Source: Deltaproteobacteria bacterium
GTDB taxonomy: Bacteria > Myxococcota_A > Polyangia > Fen-1088
Assembly: GCA_033763315.1 (NCBI GenBank)
Contig: JANRKS010000007.1
Location: 256,001 to 320,000 of the forward strand
DNA: 64,000 bases
Direction of reading: 5' to 3'
This document shows positions 40,513-51,071 of the stretch, one piece after another. The stretch's first letter is position 1. Each line of letters begins with the position of its first letter. Both the position numbers and the translations under genes were made by a program. The notes under the pieces were generated by a model. That model was not told the origin of the DNA. It saw only the letters and a list, made by a program, of their open reading frames with translations, and ran no database searches.

Positions 40513-41811
40513 TTAGGGGCGCGCGGCTTCTACCTGTTTGAGGAGCCCCGAAACGATCGCGGCTATGTCTTCGTCATTCACACAGGCGGGCGGCCACGCG
40601 TAAAGTACATCACCAAGCGGACGCAACAGCACACCCGCTTCAAGCGCCACGCGACGCAAATGCAGCGAACGGTTCGCCGCGTACCCTGACACACCGGCTG
40701 ACAGCGGGTGCAGCTCAATCGCAACCACGCCACCCAAGCGACGCACATCTTTGACATGAGGTTCGTTGGCCACGGCCGCGACGCCGTCATAGATGCGGCG
40801 GCCGATGCCTTCCAGCCTCGAGGGCACATCTTCTTTCATCAGAAGTTCGAGCGACGCCAATGCCACCGCGCAAGAGATGGGATTCGCCGTCATCGTGTGG
40901 CCGTGCGGAAAAAACGGTGTGTGTGTGGCCGACGCGAATGTGCGGTACATGCCCTCGGTGGTCAGTGTGGCCGCAAGGGAGGCCATGCCCGCCGTGAGCG
41001 CTTTGGCCACGCAGAGAAAATCGGGGCGAAGGCCAACCTTGTCACACGCGAACACAGCCCCCGTGCGGCCAAAGCCGGTGGCCACTTCATCGGCGATCAA
41101 GAACACATTCGCTTCATCGCACAGAGCGCGGCACGCCGATAAAAACGCGGGTGGGTACATCACCATGCCCGCCGCGGCCTGAAGCAAAGGTTCAACAATA
41201 ACCGCGGCGATAGAATCGCCATGTTGGCGAAGCACGGCGGCCAACGCATCCGGATGCGGCGGCACGCGTTCCACTTGGAAGAACAGCGATGAGAACGGCG
41301 CAAAGTAGGGATCGGGATCGCCCACCGCCATCGCGCCGAAGGTGTCGCCATGGTACGCGCCTTCAAGCGCCACAAACACGCGCCGTTGCGGTTGGCCCCG
41401 CAGAACCCAGGCGTGGTACGCCATCTTCAGCGCCACCTCCACCGCGGTGGAACCGTTCTCCGAGTAGAACACGCGCGACAGCCCCGCGGGCGCCAACGAC
41501 AACAGATGCTGGGCCAACGTCACACCGGGCGCGTGTGTGGCGCCCGCAAACAGCACGTGATCCAGCTGCTTCGCCTGTTTGTGCAGGGCCTCCACCAAGT
41601 AAGGGTGCCCATGGCCGTGCACGCTCGCCCACCAAGAGGCGATGCCGTCGACAATTTCGCGGCCATCAGCCAGCTGCAACCGGGCGCCTTGCGCGCTTTG
41701 CACGACAAGCGGCGGCTCCTCAAAACCATGCCGCGTGTACGGATGCCACACGCACGAAGTGTCTGCCGATAAAAGCCTATCCGCGTCCATGCTGGGGTTC
41801 GCCTGGGTCAC
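40513..41811 (-). CDS. bioA: Adenosylmethionine-8-amino-7-oxononanoate aminotransferase
   Basis: Motifs VWHPYT, SWW..HGH, NGSTAVEVALKMA, YHGDTFGAM, DEVATGFGRTG, AKALT and HGHT. Confidence 0.93.
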   Translation of the reverse strand: MTQANPSMDADRLLSADTSCVWHPYTRHGFEEPPLVVQSAQGARLQLADGREIVDGIASWWASVHGHGHPYLVEALHKQAKQLDHVLFAGATHAPGVTLAQHLLSLAPAGLSRVFYSENGSTAVEVALKMAYHAWVLRGQPQRRVFVALEGAYHGDTFGAMAVGDPDPYFAPFSSLFFQVERVPPHPDALAAVLRQHGDSIAAVIVEPLLQAAAGMVMYPPAFLSACRALCDEANVFLIADEVATGFGRTGAVFACDKVGLRPDFLCVAKALTAGMASLAATLTTEGMYRTFASATHTPFFPHGHTMTANPISCAVALASLELLMKEDVPSRLEGIGRRIYDGVAAVANEPHVKDVRRLGGVVAIELHPLSAGVSGYAANRSLHLRRVALEAGVLLRPLGDVLYAWPPACVNDEDIAAIVSGLLKQVEAARP

Positions 41812-41882
41812 AGTGAGGGCAAGGGTAGCAGTCGCGCGGGCGCGGGTGCGGGTGAGCCCACTTCGGGTAAACTGTTTTGCTC

Positions 41883-42377
<495 letters not shown>

Positions 42378-42452
42378 ACAGCCGCGACACCTCCGTTGAC
42401 GGCCAACGCCGCTCGCAAGCGTTCGTTGGCGGTCAAGGCGAAAAAGGCCGTG

Positions 42453-43199
42453 CTATTTCGCTTTGCCCTGGTTCGCCACGGCTTCCATTGCTTTGGCGAT
42501 GGCTTCCTGATCGCCCAAGTAATAGTGCTTGAGCGGACGCAGATCTTTATCGAGCTCGTAAACCAGCGGCGTGGCCGTCGGTATGTTGAGGCCCACGATC
42601 TCGTCTTCGGCGATCTTATCGAGGTGTTTCACAAGCGCGCGCAAGCTGTTGCCGTGGGCGGCCACAATCACGCGTTTGCCCGAGCGAATGGCGGGAGCGA
42701 TGTGCTCGTACCAGTAGGGAAGCACGCGTTCCACCGTGTCCTTAAGACATTCGGTGAGCGGCAATTGTTCAGGCAACAACTGATCGTACCGGCGATCGTG
42801 CCCGGGCGCGCGTGGATCGTTGGCCTCCAGCGGCGGCGGCGGCACGTCGTAGCTGCGGCGCCAGATCTTGACCTGCTCGTCGCCAAACTTCGCGGCCATT
42901 TCGCCTTTGTTGAGGCCCTGCAAGTTGCCGTAGTGGCGCTCGTTGAGGCGGTATGAGCGGTGTACGGGGATCCACATCTGGTCCAAGCCGTCCAATGTCA
43001 ACCACAGCGTGCGGATGGCGCGCTTGAGCACCGAGGTGTACGCCACGTCAAAGGCATAACCTTCCTTCTTCAGCAGGTCGCCAGCGGCGCGGGCTTCTTG
43101 CAGACCTTTTTCTGAAAGGTCAACGTCCGTCCAACCTGTGAACCTGTTTTCATTGTTCCAGGTGCTTTCCCCGTGTCGTAGCAGAACCAACTTGTACAT
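42453..43199 (-). CDS. gpmA: 2,3-BPG-dependent phosphoglycerate mutase
   Basis: Motifs LRHGES.WN, FTGW.D, LNERHYG.LQG and AHGNSLR. Confidence 0.97.
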   Translation of the reverse strand: MYKLVLLRHGESTWNNENRFTGWTDVDLSEKGLQEARAAGDLLKKEGYAFDVAYTSVLKRAIRTLWLTLDGLDQMWIPVHRSYRLNERHYGNLQGLNKGEMAAKFGDEQVKIWRRSYDVPPPPLEANDPRAPGHDRRYDQLLPEQLPLTECLKDTVERVLPYWYEHIAPAIRSGKRVIVAAHGNSLRALVKHLDKIAEDEIVGLNIPTATPLVYELDKDLRPLKHYYLGDQEAIAKAMEAVANQGKAK

Positions 43200-43276
43200 G
43201 TGGCGAATCCTTCCTGAGGGCCGGGCTTAGCACGCGGAGGCCTGCATTTGAAGCCAGCGCTGGCTGCAAACCGATT

Positions 43277-43726
43277 TTAGCTGCTGCTGCCAGGCAGCAC
43301 GTCGATCATCCCTTTGTGTACGGATTCGCCGGCCAGCACCACCACGCGGTCTGGCCATTTCTCTATCTGCAAAAACAGATCCCCTGCGGCGCGGTAACGC
43401 CAGACTTCGCAAGAGCCCGACGTGCGCTCCGGGACCCGCCCATCCACCACCACAGTTGCTGTGCCTGAGAACCTGGGGACATAGGTCTTGCCGCCGTAGG
43501 AGAGTGTGGGGGCCGGGGGCGTTGAGGTCTCCAGGTCGGTCACTTCAGCGAGCAACAGAACGCGATCATCCAAATCGTCCAGCAAAGGCTCAACGAAGCG
43601 CACGTCCGAACCGTCCACCACGCGTGCCAGCGGCAACGTGCGGCCCCCCAGCTTATAGGTCAACACCCCTTGCACAATCCAATCGCGACCTTGGTGGCAC
43701 ACCACATCTTTGATTTGCAGTTTCAT
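43277..43726 (-). CDS. Hypothetical protein (DUF4178-like)
   Basis: LQIKDVV...DWIVQG, PP.TLSY.GKTY and LQIEKW pattern. AGGA precedes the ATG at 43726. Confidence 0.6.
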   Translation of the reverse strand: MKLQIKDVVCHQGRDWIVQGVLTYKLGGRTLPLARVVDGSDVRFVEPLLDDLDDRVLLLAEVTDLETSTPPAPTLSYGGKTYVPRFSGTATVVVDGRVPERTSGSCEVWRYRAAGDLFLQIEKWPDRVVVLAGESVHKGMIDVLPGSSS

Positions 43727-43867
43727 CTGATTCCTGTCCCTTTTTCCTGCCCAGTATCGCCGCACTTATCAAGTCAAATCACCAACTTCCGTCGAAGCAG
43801 CCGTGTACCGAGCATCCGCCGAAAGTCCATGGTCGCCGTTTGCCGGGGGGGCCGCTACAATGGGGCT

Positions 43868-44968
43868 GTGATACTGGAAGTCATGCGGGTGCTCGACCAC
43901 AAAGGGCACCTTGTTGCCGCGCCCCCTGATGTTGCGAAGCCAGATCTGCAGCGCCTTTATGAAGGCATGCTGAACGTGCGTTTGGTTGATGAGCGTCTTT
44001 TGAAGTTCCAGCGCCAAGGCCGCATCGGGTTTTATCTGACCGCGACCGGTGAAGAAGCCACGCACATTGGGCCCACCTTTGCCCTGCGTCCGTCCGACTG
44101 GATCTACCCCTGTTACCGCGAGATCGGCGCAGCGTTTTTTCGCGGCTATCCTTTGCGAACCTTTCTTTGCCAGTTGTTCGGGAACGAGCAAGATCCCCTG
44201 CACGGGCGACAAATGCCCGTACATCATTCGTCGCGGGCGCAAAACTTCGTCACCATATCCTCGCCCGTGGGCACACAAATCCCCCAGGCCGTGGGCATCG
44301 CGATGGGGGCCAAGCGCCTAGGTAAAGACGACGTTTCGCTGGTTTATTTCGGCGATGGCGCCACCTCCACAGGCGCGTTTCACGTGGCCTGCAATATGGC
44401 GGCGGTCGACAAAGCCCCCGTCATCTTTTTCTGCCGCAACAATGGTTGGGCCATCTCCACGCCCCGGGGCGCGCAAACCGCGACGCCCACCTTGGCGCAA
44501 AAAGCGGTGGCGTACGGTATGCCGGGCGTGTTGGTGGATGGCAACGACGTATTGGCGCTGGTGGCCGCCACCCGCCAGGCGGCGGAGCGAGCGCGGCAAG
44601 GGCTGGGACCCACGCTGATCGAGGCGCGCACGTATCGCGTCGGCGCCCACAGCAGCTCCGATGATCCCCTGGCCTACCGGGATCCAGACGAGCCCCAGCG
44701 CTGGTCAGATCAGGATCCTTTGGTTCGATACCGCAAGTTCCTCGAAAACGAGGGTCTTTGGTCAGCCGACCAGGAAACGGCGTACCGCGCGAACTTTGAG
44801 CGCACATTCTTGGCCACGTTGGCAGACGTGGAGAAAGTGCCACCCCTGCCCGCTCGAAGCACGATGTTCGAGGACGTGTTTTGCAAGGTCCCTTGGCAGC
44901 TGCAAGAGCAAGCCCAGGAGCTGGAAGCCCAAGTGGCGCGCCACGGTAGCCAGGTTAGGCACTCGTAA
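43868..44968 (+). CDS. 2-oxo-acid dehydrogenase E1 alpha subunit
   Basis: Motifs QRQGRIGFY, GRQMPVH, GDGATS...NN (TPP-binding) and TYRVGAHSSSDDP. Confidence 0.92.
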   Translation: MILEVMRVLDHKGHLVAAPPDVAKPDLQRLYEGMLNVRLVDERLLKFQRQGRIGFYLTATGEEATHIGPTFALRPSDWIYPCYREIGAAFFRGYPLRTFLCQLFGNEQDPLHGRQMPVHHSSRAQNFVTISSPVGTQIPQAVGIAMGAKRLGKDDVSLVYFGDGATSTGAFHVACNMAAVDKAPVIFFCRNNGWAISTPRGAQTATPTLAQKAVAYGMPGVLVDGNDVLALVAATRQAAERARQGLGPTLIEARTYRVGAHSSSDDPLAYRDPDEPQRWSDQDPLVRYRKFLENEGLWSADQETAYRANFERTFLATLADVEKVPPLPARSTMFEDVFCKVPWQLQEQAQELEAQVARHGSQVRHS

Positions 44969-45058
44969 CGCGACCCTAACGAACGGCGATGTTCGACCCG
45001 CATAGCGGCATATCGCCTAGGCCGCGGGACAATTCCATAGTAGTCTCGCTATCTAACG

Positions 45059-47782
45059 ATGGCTGCCCACACTCTGCTTTGTGTCGAGCCCGATGAGGCC
45101 ACGTTGGCGATCATAAGGGCCACCCTTGAGCCCCAAGGCTTCCGGATCACCAACATTACGAACGGCGAAGAAGCCGTGGCCTGGGGGCGTCAAAACCTGC
45201 CTGCTTTGGTGATTGTGTCTGTTGAACCGCGCAAGGTGGGTTACGCCATCTGCAACAAGTTCAAACGCAGCCCCGAGCTCAAAGACATACCCCTTATCCT
45301 GACCTCAGGAGAGGAGACGCCTCAGCAGCTGGAACAGCACCGCAAGCTCAAGGTCAAAGCCAACGAGTATTTGGTTAAACCTTTCTCACAACGCGATTTG
45401 CTCGAAAAAGTACGTGAGGTTTTTCCATTGGACGCAAATGATTCCCCGTTTGGCGTTTCCGAACTGCGTGACGGCCAGGAAGACGACGATATTTTGTTGT
45501 CGTCAGACGTCTTGGAAGAAATCTCCATCGGCGACAGTGACATCGTGGGCACGGACGATGGCGACGATGACACAGGCGATGTGGTGATTGAAGCCGAAGA
45601 CTTCAACGATGAATCCACCCAAGCCGTCGCGCCCCAATCGCTCAATGTATTTGATCAGGAAACGGACGCCGCTTTCGCCGCGATCGCAACCGAAACGCCG
45701 CCTCTGCCCCCAGCCGGAGGGTTCGACAACGCACCTTGGAACGTAGACGCAGCGGCCTGGGAGGCCGAGGCCACCAATGCGGCTGATCTGCGTGAGGAAG
45801 AAGTTGAAGACGCGCTCGCGAAGCTGACGGAACCGGAAGCCACCCGGGGCGGCATCGTGGGCTCTGAACTGTTCGCGTCCACGCAGTTGCCGACCCGCGC
45901 AGTTGGCGCTGACGAGGTTGAGATTGAGGCGGAATCCGAATTCGACGACCACCGGGACGGCAGCCGAAGTGCCCGCACCGAAAGCCCCGCGCCGCAGCCA
46001 CCAAAGGTGACGCCGGCCGAGGATCCGACGCCAGGGCCAGCCTCAATGTCGTCATCCTTCGATGACGATGACGATGAAGCGCCCGCGATGGCAGGCACGG
46101 CAGAGGCGGCACAAGCGACAGCCCCGCCATCGGCGCCTGGCGTTTCATCGAAGGAGATGGAGGCCTTGGCCCAAGAGCTAACCTCGCTGCAAGAACAAGC
46201 CGAGGCGCTACGCAAAGAGCGCGACGAACTGCAACGTGAACTTTCAGGCGCGGCGTCGGCCAAGTCCACACTGGCGGATCAACTCGCGGCCGTGGCTTCA
46301 GAACGCGACCAGTTGGCTGCACAAACGCAGCATCTGGTGGGGGAAAAAGAAGCGCTGTCCCGCGAGATCGACGACATCAAGAGTCGCCCCCAAAGCGCGG
46401 CCTCGGCACGCGACCGCGAAATCTTGAATCTGCGTGAGGTGATCAACAAGAAGGAACGTGACCTTCTGGATATGCGGGATCAGCTCGACGCCAAAGAGCG
46501 GCTGATCCTCGATCACAAGGATCGCATTCGTGAAAACGAACGTACGCGCCGCGATCTGGAAGACAAGAGCTTGGGCCTTGAAAAGGCCCTGATGGATTCC
46601 AACGAACGCGTTGAAGCCATCACCGCCGACAAACAAAAGGGCGCCGAACGCGAGCGCATTTTGAAGGCGCGTTTGGACGACGCCCACGTCGAGATCCAAA
46701 AAGCGCACGACGAAGTTGAAACGCTGAAAAAGCGCGGCGTGGCCACGGAAGAACGCCTCCGCGGGGAGATGGACCGGCTGCGTGGTGAACTTGAGGGTCG
46801 CATCCTTGAAATGGAGGAGGCGCACCGCAACGAACTGCTGCAAGCCGCGGAAGAGCGCGCGAACTTCGAGGCCACGCAGGAACAAGAGCATCGCGAAGAA
46901 CTGGCGCGGCTGCGCTCAGCACAGGCGGCCGAGCTTGAGAACACGATCAAGAAGGCCGCCGATGAGTTGGCGGGCCTCGACGAGCGTATGCAGGCGGAAC
47001 TGCTGCGCACGCGCAAAGACCACGATAAATCCGTGGCCTCGCTCAAGGAAGAACACGCGCTGCAGTTGGCCGCCGAACGCGAAGCGCATCAAAGCGCGCT
47101 TGAGGCCAAAGAGCGCGATCACCGCAATGAGATCTTGGGCATGCGGCGCCGTCACGAAGACGAGCTGCGGGCGGCAGATGAACGCCGCCAAAAAGAGCTC
47201 GAAGAGCAAGAGATCCGCTTCAAGATCGAAATGGACGTGGCGGAGAACCGCCGCCGCGCGGAGCTGCAGGCACGCGACGAACAGCACAGCACGCAGGTGG
47301 CCGATATGGACCGCCGGCACTTCGAAGAGAAAACGAAGACGGCCGAACGCCACCGCAGCGATATGGACGAGGCGCATGCCCGTGCCGCCCGTGCCGAAGG
47401 AGATCTCGCCGCCCGCACCGAGGAGCTTTCAGAAGCGCACCGGCGCATCTCGGGCCTGGAGGCGGACCTCGACGCCACACGCGCCGACCTCCGCGACCGC
47501 GACGTGAAACTGTCACAAGCGAACCTGCGTGTGGCTGAGCTTGAAACCAAAACCACAGGCTACGAAGAGCAAATCATGCGCTCGTACCAGCGATTGCGCA
47601 GCGACGACAAGGTGATCGAAAAGGCAAAGCGCGCCTTGGCAGTGGCATTGTCCTTGCTTGAAGAACGTGGCGTGGCACCAGCACAGGTACAGACGATTGA
47701 TGAGGACACGCAACGCCGAGAAGCAGAGGTTCCAGCTGTGCCCCCTGACGTCCCGGCTCTGACGGGGGACGGAGCTGAGTAA
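45059..47782 (+). CDS. frzS: FrzS-like pseudo-receiver / acidic linker / coiled-coil protein
   Basis: Receiver lacks the acceptor Asp (VEPD; VIVSVE). GYAICNKFK and QHRKLKVKANEYLVKP match the M. xanthus FrzS receiver as I recall it (QHRKLKAHADEYVAKP). Long coiled coil follows. Confidence 0.75.
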   Translation: MAAHTLLCVEPDEATLAIIRATLEPQGFRITNITNGEEAVAWGRQNLPALVIVSVEPRKVGYAICNKFKRSPELKDIPLILTSGEETPQQLEQHRKLKVKANEYLVKPFSQRDLLEKVREVFPLDANDSPFGVSELRDGQEDDDILLSSDVLEEISIGDSDIVGTDDGDDDTGDVVIEAEDFNDESTQAVAPQSLNVFDQETDAAFAAIATETPPLPPAGGFDNAPWNVDAAAWEAEATNAADLREEEVEDALAKLTEPEATRGGIVGSELFASTQLPTRAVGADEVEIEAESEFDDHRDGSRSARTESPAPQPPKVTPAEDPTPGPASMSSSFDDDDDEAPAMAGTAEAAQATAPPSAPGVSSKEMEALAQELTSLQEQAEALRKERDELQRELSGAASAKSTLADQLAAVASERDQLAAQTQHLVGEKEALSREIDDIKSRPQSAASARDREILNLREVINKKERDLLDMRDQLDAKERLILDHKDRIRENERTRRDLEDKSLGLEKALMDSNERVEAITADKQKGAERERILKARLDDAHVEIQKAHDEVETLKKRGVATEERLRGEMDRLRGELEGRILEMEEAHRNELLQAAEERANFEATQEQEHREELARLRSAQAAELENTIKKAADELAGLDERMQAELLRTRKDHDKSVASLKEEHALQLAAEREAHQSALEAKERDHRNEILGMRRRHEDELRAADERRQKELEEQEIRFKIEMDVAENRRRAELQARDEQHSTQVADMDRRHFEEKTKTAERHRSDMDEAHARAARAEGDLAARTEELSEAHRRISGLEADLDATRADLRDRDVKLSQANLRVAELETKTTGYEEQIMRSYQRLRSDDKVIEKAKRALAVALSLLEERGVAPAQVQTIDEDTQRREAEVPAVPPDVPALTGDGAE

Positions 47783-49436
47783 AGACGCGCAAGGCCTTAC
47801 CGGCCATTTATCAGGGCTCAAGACAAGCGAGCTCAACGCACTCGAACGTATCTATCGCCGTCACATTCCGCCCACAGAAGTGGTGACGGACGAACTCGCG
47901 GGTTACATGTGCAAACTCTCGCGCGACATGCAGCGCCAGGTGGGCTTCTTGTGCAACCGGCGCGGCGAGATCGAGCATGTGTTCGTAGGCGATTCGTCGA
48001 AACTCATGCTCCCCGACTTCGGGCGTCTGCGCGCCGGCCGCGGGCGCTTTCGCGGCTTGCGCCTGGTGCACACGCATTTGCGTAACGAATCGCTGACCCG
48101 CGATGATCTCGTAGATCTGGCGTTGTTGCGCTTGGATCTGGTGGCCGCGGTGGGCGTTACCAACGACGGACGCCCCGCCGATCTTCATCTGGCGCATCTG
48201 CTGCCTTCGGGGCAATCGCCGTGGCAGATTCTTCCGCCGGAAAATTTTCACCGCGCGCACGTAGACGCGCAGGCGCTGATCGAATCGCTTGAGCGCGAAT
48301 TCGACCGTGTGGCTCCAACCACACAAGCCAACAAAAGCAAGGATCGCGCGGTCCTTGTCATTGTTGACGTGGGCCGCAAGGGCCACCACGACGCCAGCAC
48401 CATGACCGTGGAGCAGCGTCAGGCGGAGTTGGAAGAGTTGTGCAAGACCGCAGGCGTCGCTGTGATGGGCGTCATCACGCAGAAACGGCCGGTGGCCGAT
48501 CCGAAGTACCTCGTGGGGCGCGGCAAGCTCGAAGACGTTCTCGTGCGTGGCATGCAAGAAGACGCGACGCTGTTGGTGTTTGATCCTGAGCTTACGCCAG
48601 GGCAAGCCCACGCGATCGGTGACTTCACCGACATCAAGGTCATCGATCGCACCATGTTGATCCTCGACATCTTCGCGCAGCGGGCGAAGAGCCGCGACGG
48701 CAAGCTGCAAGTGGAATTGGCGCAGCTCAAATACATGCTGCCGCGTTTGCAAGAAAAGAACACCATGATGAGCCGCCTCACGGGCGGCATCGGTGGACGC
48801 GGCCCTGGCGAAACGAAGCTTGAAATCAACCGCCGGCGTGCGCGCGAGCGTATCCATCGCCTTGAACAAGAAATCGAGAAGTACGGCGAGCAGCGTACGG
48901 CGCGACGCCAGGTGCGCAGCGAGAAGGGGTTGCCCGTGGTGGCGATCGTGGGCTACACAAACGCCGGTAAATCAACGCTGCTCAACAGCCTCACGCGCAG
49001 TGACGTGGTGGCCGAAGACAAACTATTCGCCACACTCGATCCGACCACGCGCCGTTTGCGTTTTCCGAAAGAGCGCGAAATCATCATCGCCGATACAGTG
49101 GGATTCATCCGCGATTTGCCGCTTGATTTGGCCCGGGCGTTTCGCGCCACTCTTGAAGAATTGGCCGAAGCCGATTTGCTGCTGCACGTGGTGGATGCCT
49201 CAGATGATAAACGAGATCAACAGATCGCCGCGGTGGAGCGCATCTTGGGCGACCTGGGTTATGGCGAAACCCCACGGTTGATGGTCTACAACAAGATGGA
49301 TCGCCTCACGCCGGATCAAGTGGACGTGGTCAACAGCATGACGGGCGTACTTGGCATCTCTGCCTTGCATCCCGAAACGGCTCAACCGCTGCTCGATGCC
49401 GTTGAAGACAAGTTGTGGGCCCGCCGCGCGCACTAG
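47775..49436 (+). CDS. hflX: Ribosome-splitting GTPase HflX (long form), probable CTG start
   Basis: Motifs RLVHTH, ILDIFA.RA, GGRGPGETKLE, GYTNAGKS, DTVG and NKMD. The conserved N-terminus lies upstream of the first GTG at 47880. Confidence 0.93.
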   Translation: MSKDAQGLTGHLSGLKTSELNALERIYRRHIPPTEVVTDELAGYMCKLSRDMQRQVGFLCNRRGEIEHVFVGDSSKLMLPDFGRLRAGRGRFRGLRLVHTHLRNESLTRDDLVDLALLRLDLVAAVGVTNDGRPADLHLAHLLPSGQSPWQILPPENFHRAHVDAQALIESLEREFDRVAPTTQANKSKDRAVLVIVDVGRKGHHDASTMTVEQRQAELEELCKTAGVAVMGVITQKRPVADPKYLVGRGKLEDVLVRGMQEDATLLVFDPELTPGQAHAIGDFTDIKVIDRTMLILDIFAQRAKSRDGKLQVELAQLKYMLPRLQEKNTMMSRLTGGIGGRGPGETKLEINRRRARERIHRLEQEIEKYGEQRTARRQVRSEKGLPVVAIVGYTNAGKSTLLNSLTRSDVVAEDKLFATLDPTTRRLRFPKEREIIIADTVGFIRDLPLDLARAFRATLEELAEADLLLHVVDASDDKRDQQIAAVERILGDLGYGETPRLMVYNKMDRLTPDQVDVVNSMTGVLGISALHPETAQPLLDAVEDKLWARRAH

Positions 49437-49449
49437 CCACGGACGGCTC

Positions 49450-50175
49450 TCACTCATCGGGAGATGCCAGCACCTTCACTTTGCCGTCTTGCACCGTCAC
49501 CTGGAGCTTGGCGCGCCCGGCTTTGGCTTCAGCGAGAACTTTTTCGATTTGCGGGCGCAGCCGCTCCGCCAGCTCCTCTAACGGCTTCGCGGGACGCGTG
49601 TCTCCCACCTGCGCACGGGCACGGTTGTATTCGTCATAGAACAGCTTCAGTTGCGGCAGGGTCACGCCCGGAATGGGCGCGGGAGGTTTTGCGGCAGGGG
49701 CGGGCGCTGCGGTCGCTGCGCCTTTGGCTTCACGCTCTTCCACAAGACGGTTCTGGCGCGCGACGAATTGTTTGACCCGGACAGCGGGGATGCCCATGGC
49801 GATGGCCTGAGCGTCCGTGAGCTTGCCGCCCACCTCCGCTAGGTGTCGCTGCACCTTCTGCAGATCGCGTTGGTACGTGCCTTGTTCGATCTCTCGCTGG
49901 ATCCGGTTCCACTGCGCGGTGTACGTGATCCAGCGCTGCAGCAGCGACTGAAACCGAAACCTCAGTGTGGCTTTGCCTATGTTCAGCTGCTGCGTAAGCG
50001 TGATGAGCCGGTTCATTTCACGCCGCTGCACGAGCGGCATTTGCTTCTCCATGCCCGAGAAGAACGATTCGTACATGGTCTTGAGCCGCTCGAAACGTTT
50101 CTCCAGTTGCTCAAGATGAGCTTCAAGCGCTTCCGGCTCGTCTTCAAGCGGGTTGCTCTGCTTCTTCTTCAGCAC
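49450..50175 (-). CDS. MXAN_5187 C-terminal-domain-like protein
   Basis: Motifs YESFFSG.EK, LRFRF...WNRI.REIE.GTY, Y.RAR..VG and VTVQDGKV. Confidence 0.7.
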   Translation of the reverse strand: MLKKKQSNPLEDEPEALEAHLEQLEKRFERLKTMYESFFSGMEKQMPLVQRREMNRLITLTQQLNIGKATLRFRFQSLLQRWITYTAQWNRIQREIEQGTYQRDLQKVQRHLAEVGGKLTDAQAIAMGIPAVRVKQFVARQNRLVEEREAKGAATAAPAPAAKPPAPIPGVTLPQLKLFYDEYNRARAQVGDTRPAKPLEELAERLRPQIEKVLAEAKAGRAKLQVTVQDGKVKVLASPDE

Positions 50176-50279
50176 CTCATGATTGTATCGCTATTGGCCT
50201 GTCGGCGCGCGGGGGGGCGCCAAAACGCCGACCCTAGGGTGGGCGTCGGGGCGATTTTGTGCAATACGGGAGGAGTCAC

Positions 50280-51071
50280 GTGACCTTCGTTCCTCGCCGC
50301 CTCGCGCCCTTGCTATGGCTCGCCGCCTTCGGGCCCGCGCTCGCGCTGGCATCAGGCTGCGTGGGCGAGGCCGAACACCTCGAAGCCAAGGGCAACGTCT
50401 TGTTGCGACAAGGCAGCGTCGCGGGCGCCCTAACACTGTTTCGGGCGGCCGCGGCACAAGCGCCCACAAAGGAAGAGAGCTCACTACGCCTGGGCAATGC
50501 GTTATTTCGGGCTCAGCGGTTTGCAGAGGCCGAGGCCGCCTACGGACGGGCGCGGGTACTCGCGAAGGACGCCTGCACGGCTGAACGGCCGCTTGCGCAG
50601 CTTTTGGCCCAGCAGGGCCGCCTAGACGCCGCCGAGTCGACCCTGTTTTCGTGCCTCACCCGCAAGCCCGACGACCTTGACGCGCGGCTGGCGCTGGGCC
50701 TCATTCGGTTAGACCGAGGTGATTTGGCGTCGGCCGGCGCCGCGTTCGACGCCGTTCTGAAACGCAGCCCACGCCACCCAGCCGCGCTTTACGCGCGCGC
50801 CCGCTTGGCGCTGCACAAGGGCCAACTTGCAGAAGCCGACGAGCTGTTCGTGCGATTGGAGAAGGCCCAACCCCGTAAGCCCTACGGCAGTTACGGCCGC
50901 GGGGTTGTCGCCACACGGCGACGTGCGTTCGAGCAAGCATGCACGCACCTGCGGCGCGCCCAATCGCACGGCCTGTCACGTCACGTTTGGGAACACCTGC
51001 GCTCCGACCGGCAGCTGGCCAACGCTGCATCGCTGCCGTGCTTAAGCGTCACCGCGGGGGAGCCAGGATGA
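50280..51071 (+). CDS. TPR-repeat lipoprotein
   Basis: GGAGGAG precedes the GTG; lipobox ASGC and several TPR-like helix pairs. Confidence 0.8.
   Translation: MTFVPRRLAPLLWLAAFGPALALASGCVGEAEHLEAKGNVLLRQGSVAGALTLFRAAAAQAPTKEESSLRLGNALFRAQRFAEAEAAYGRARVLAKDACTAERPLAQLLAQQGRLDAAESTLFSCLTRKPDDLDARLALGLIRLDRGDLASAGAAFDAVLKRSPRHPAALYARARLALHKGQLAEADELFVRLEKAQPRKPYGSYGRGVVATRRRAFEQACTHLRRAQSHGLSRHVWEHLRSDRQLANAASLPCLSVTAGEPG

Noticed and set aside
47811-48869. 352-aa antisense ORF
   Set aside because: It shadows hflX and has no independent coding features.
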